Source of the DNA: Octopus sinensis
Lineage: Eukaryota
Length of the DNA stretch: 64,000 nucleotides
Assembly (NCBI RefSeq): GCF_006345805.1
Contig: NC_042997.1
Location: forward strand, 171,306,001-171,370,000
Direction: 5' to 3'
Shown here: piece by piece, positions 63,902 through 64,000 of the stretch
Layout: the number at the start of each line of letters is the position of its first letter
Position numbering within the stretch: position 1 is the stretch's first letter
Program-made: the position numbers and the translations under genes
The notes under the pieces: generated by a model
Database searches by the model: none
What the model saw: only the letters and a program-made list of their open reading frames with translations
Told to the model about the DNA's origin: nothing

Positions 63902-64000
63902 TAATTTAGCTATATAATATGATATAATACAATACAAAGGTGTATATAGAGATTAAATACACCTTTGTATTGTATTATATATCATTATATAGCTAAATTA
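63902..64000. repeat. Hairpin with ~43-bp arms at the window end
   Basis: taatttagctatataat...caaaggtgtat versus atacacctttg...attatatagctaaatta. Confidence 0.85.

Overview
Repeat-dominated, AT-rich eukaryotic DNA with no host protein-coding gene that I can identify. The repeat landscape (tRNA-headed SINE families, RTE tails ending in (GAT)n, very long TA/TATG/TTC microsatellites) looks like an octopus/cephalopod genome; this is inference, not a database result. Almost all ORFs in the supplied track are microsatellite or repeat artefacts. Supported content: (1) a near full-length Tx1/L1-clade LINE (41715-47657) sitting in (TATC)n, with a second 5'-truncated copy in the same microsatellite; (2) a 3-kb RTE LINE (25031-28033, minus) with a PHD-type finger inside ORF2 and a tandemly amplified 3' end; (3) fragments of RTE, RTE-BovB-like, CR1-like and R4/Dong-like LINEs; (4) DNA-transposon remnants (mariner, DD37D/maT, Tc1, Tc2/pogo-like, piggyBac-like, Helitron-like); (5) a 3.4-kb 36/37-bp minisatellite; (6) many long fold-back palindromes. 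The most interesting signal is a set of minimal type I hammerhead ribozymes of the Penelope-like-element (PLE) kind. Two of them sit behind host structural-RNA heads (a tRNA-like Pol III head at 15597 and a 28S rRNA fragment at 32909-33113), suggesting ribozyme-bearing, PLE-mobilised SINE-like elements. A DNA transposon near 63 kb has also captured 356 bp of neighbouring DNA in inverted orientation.
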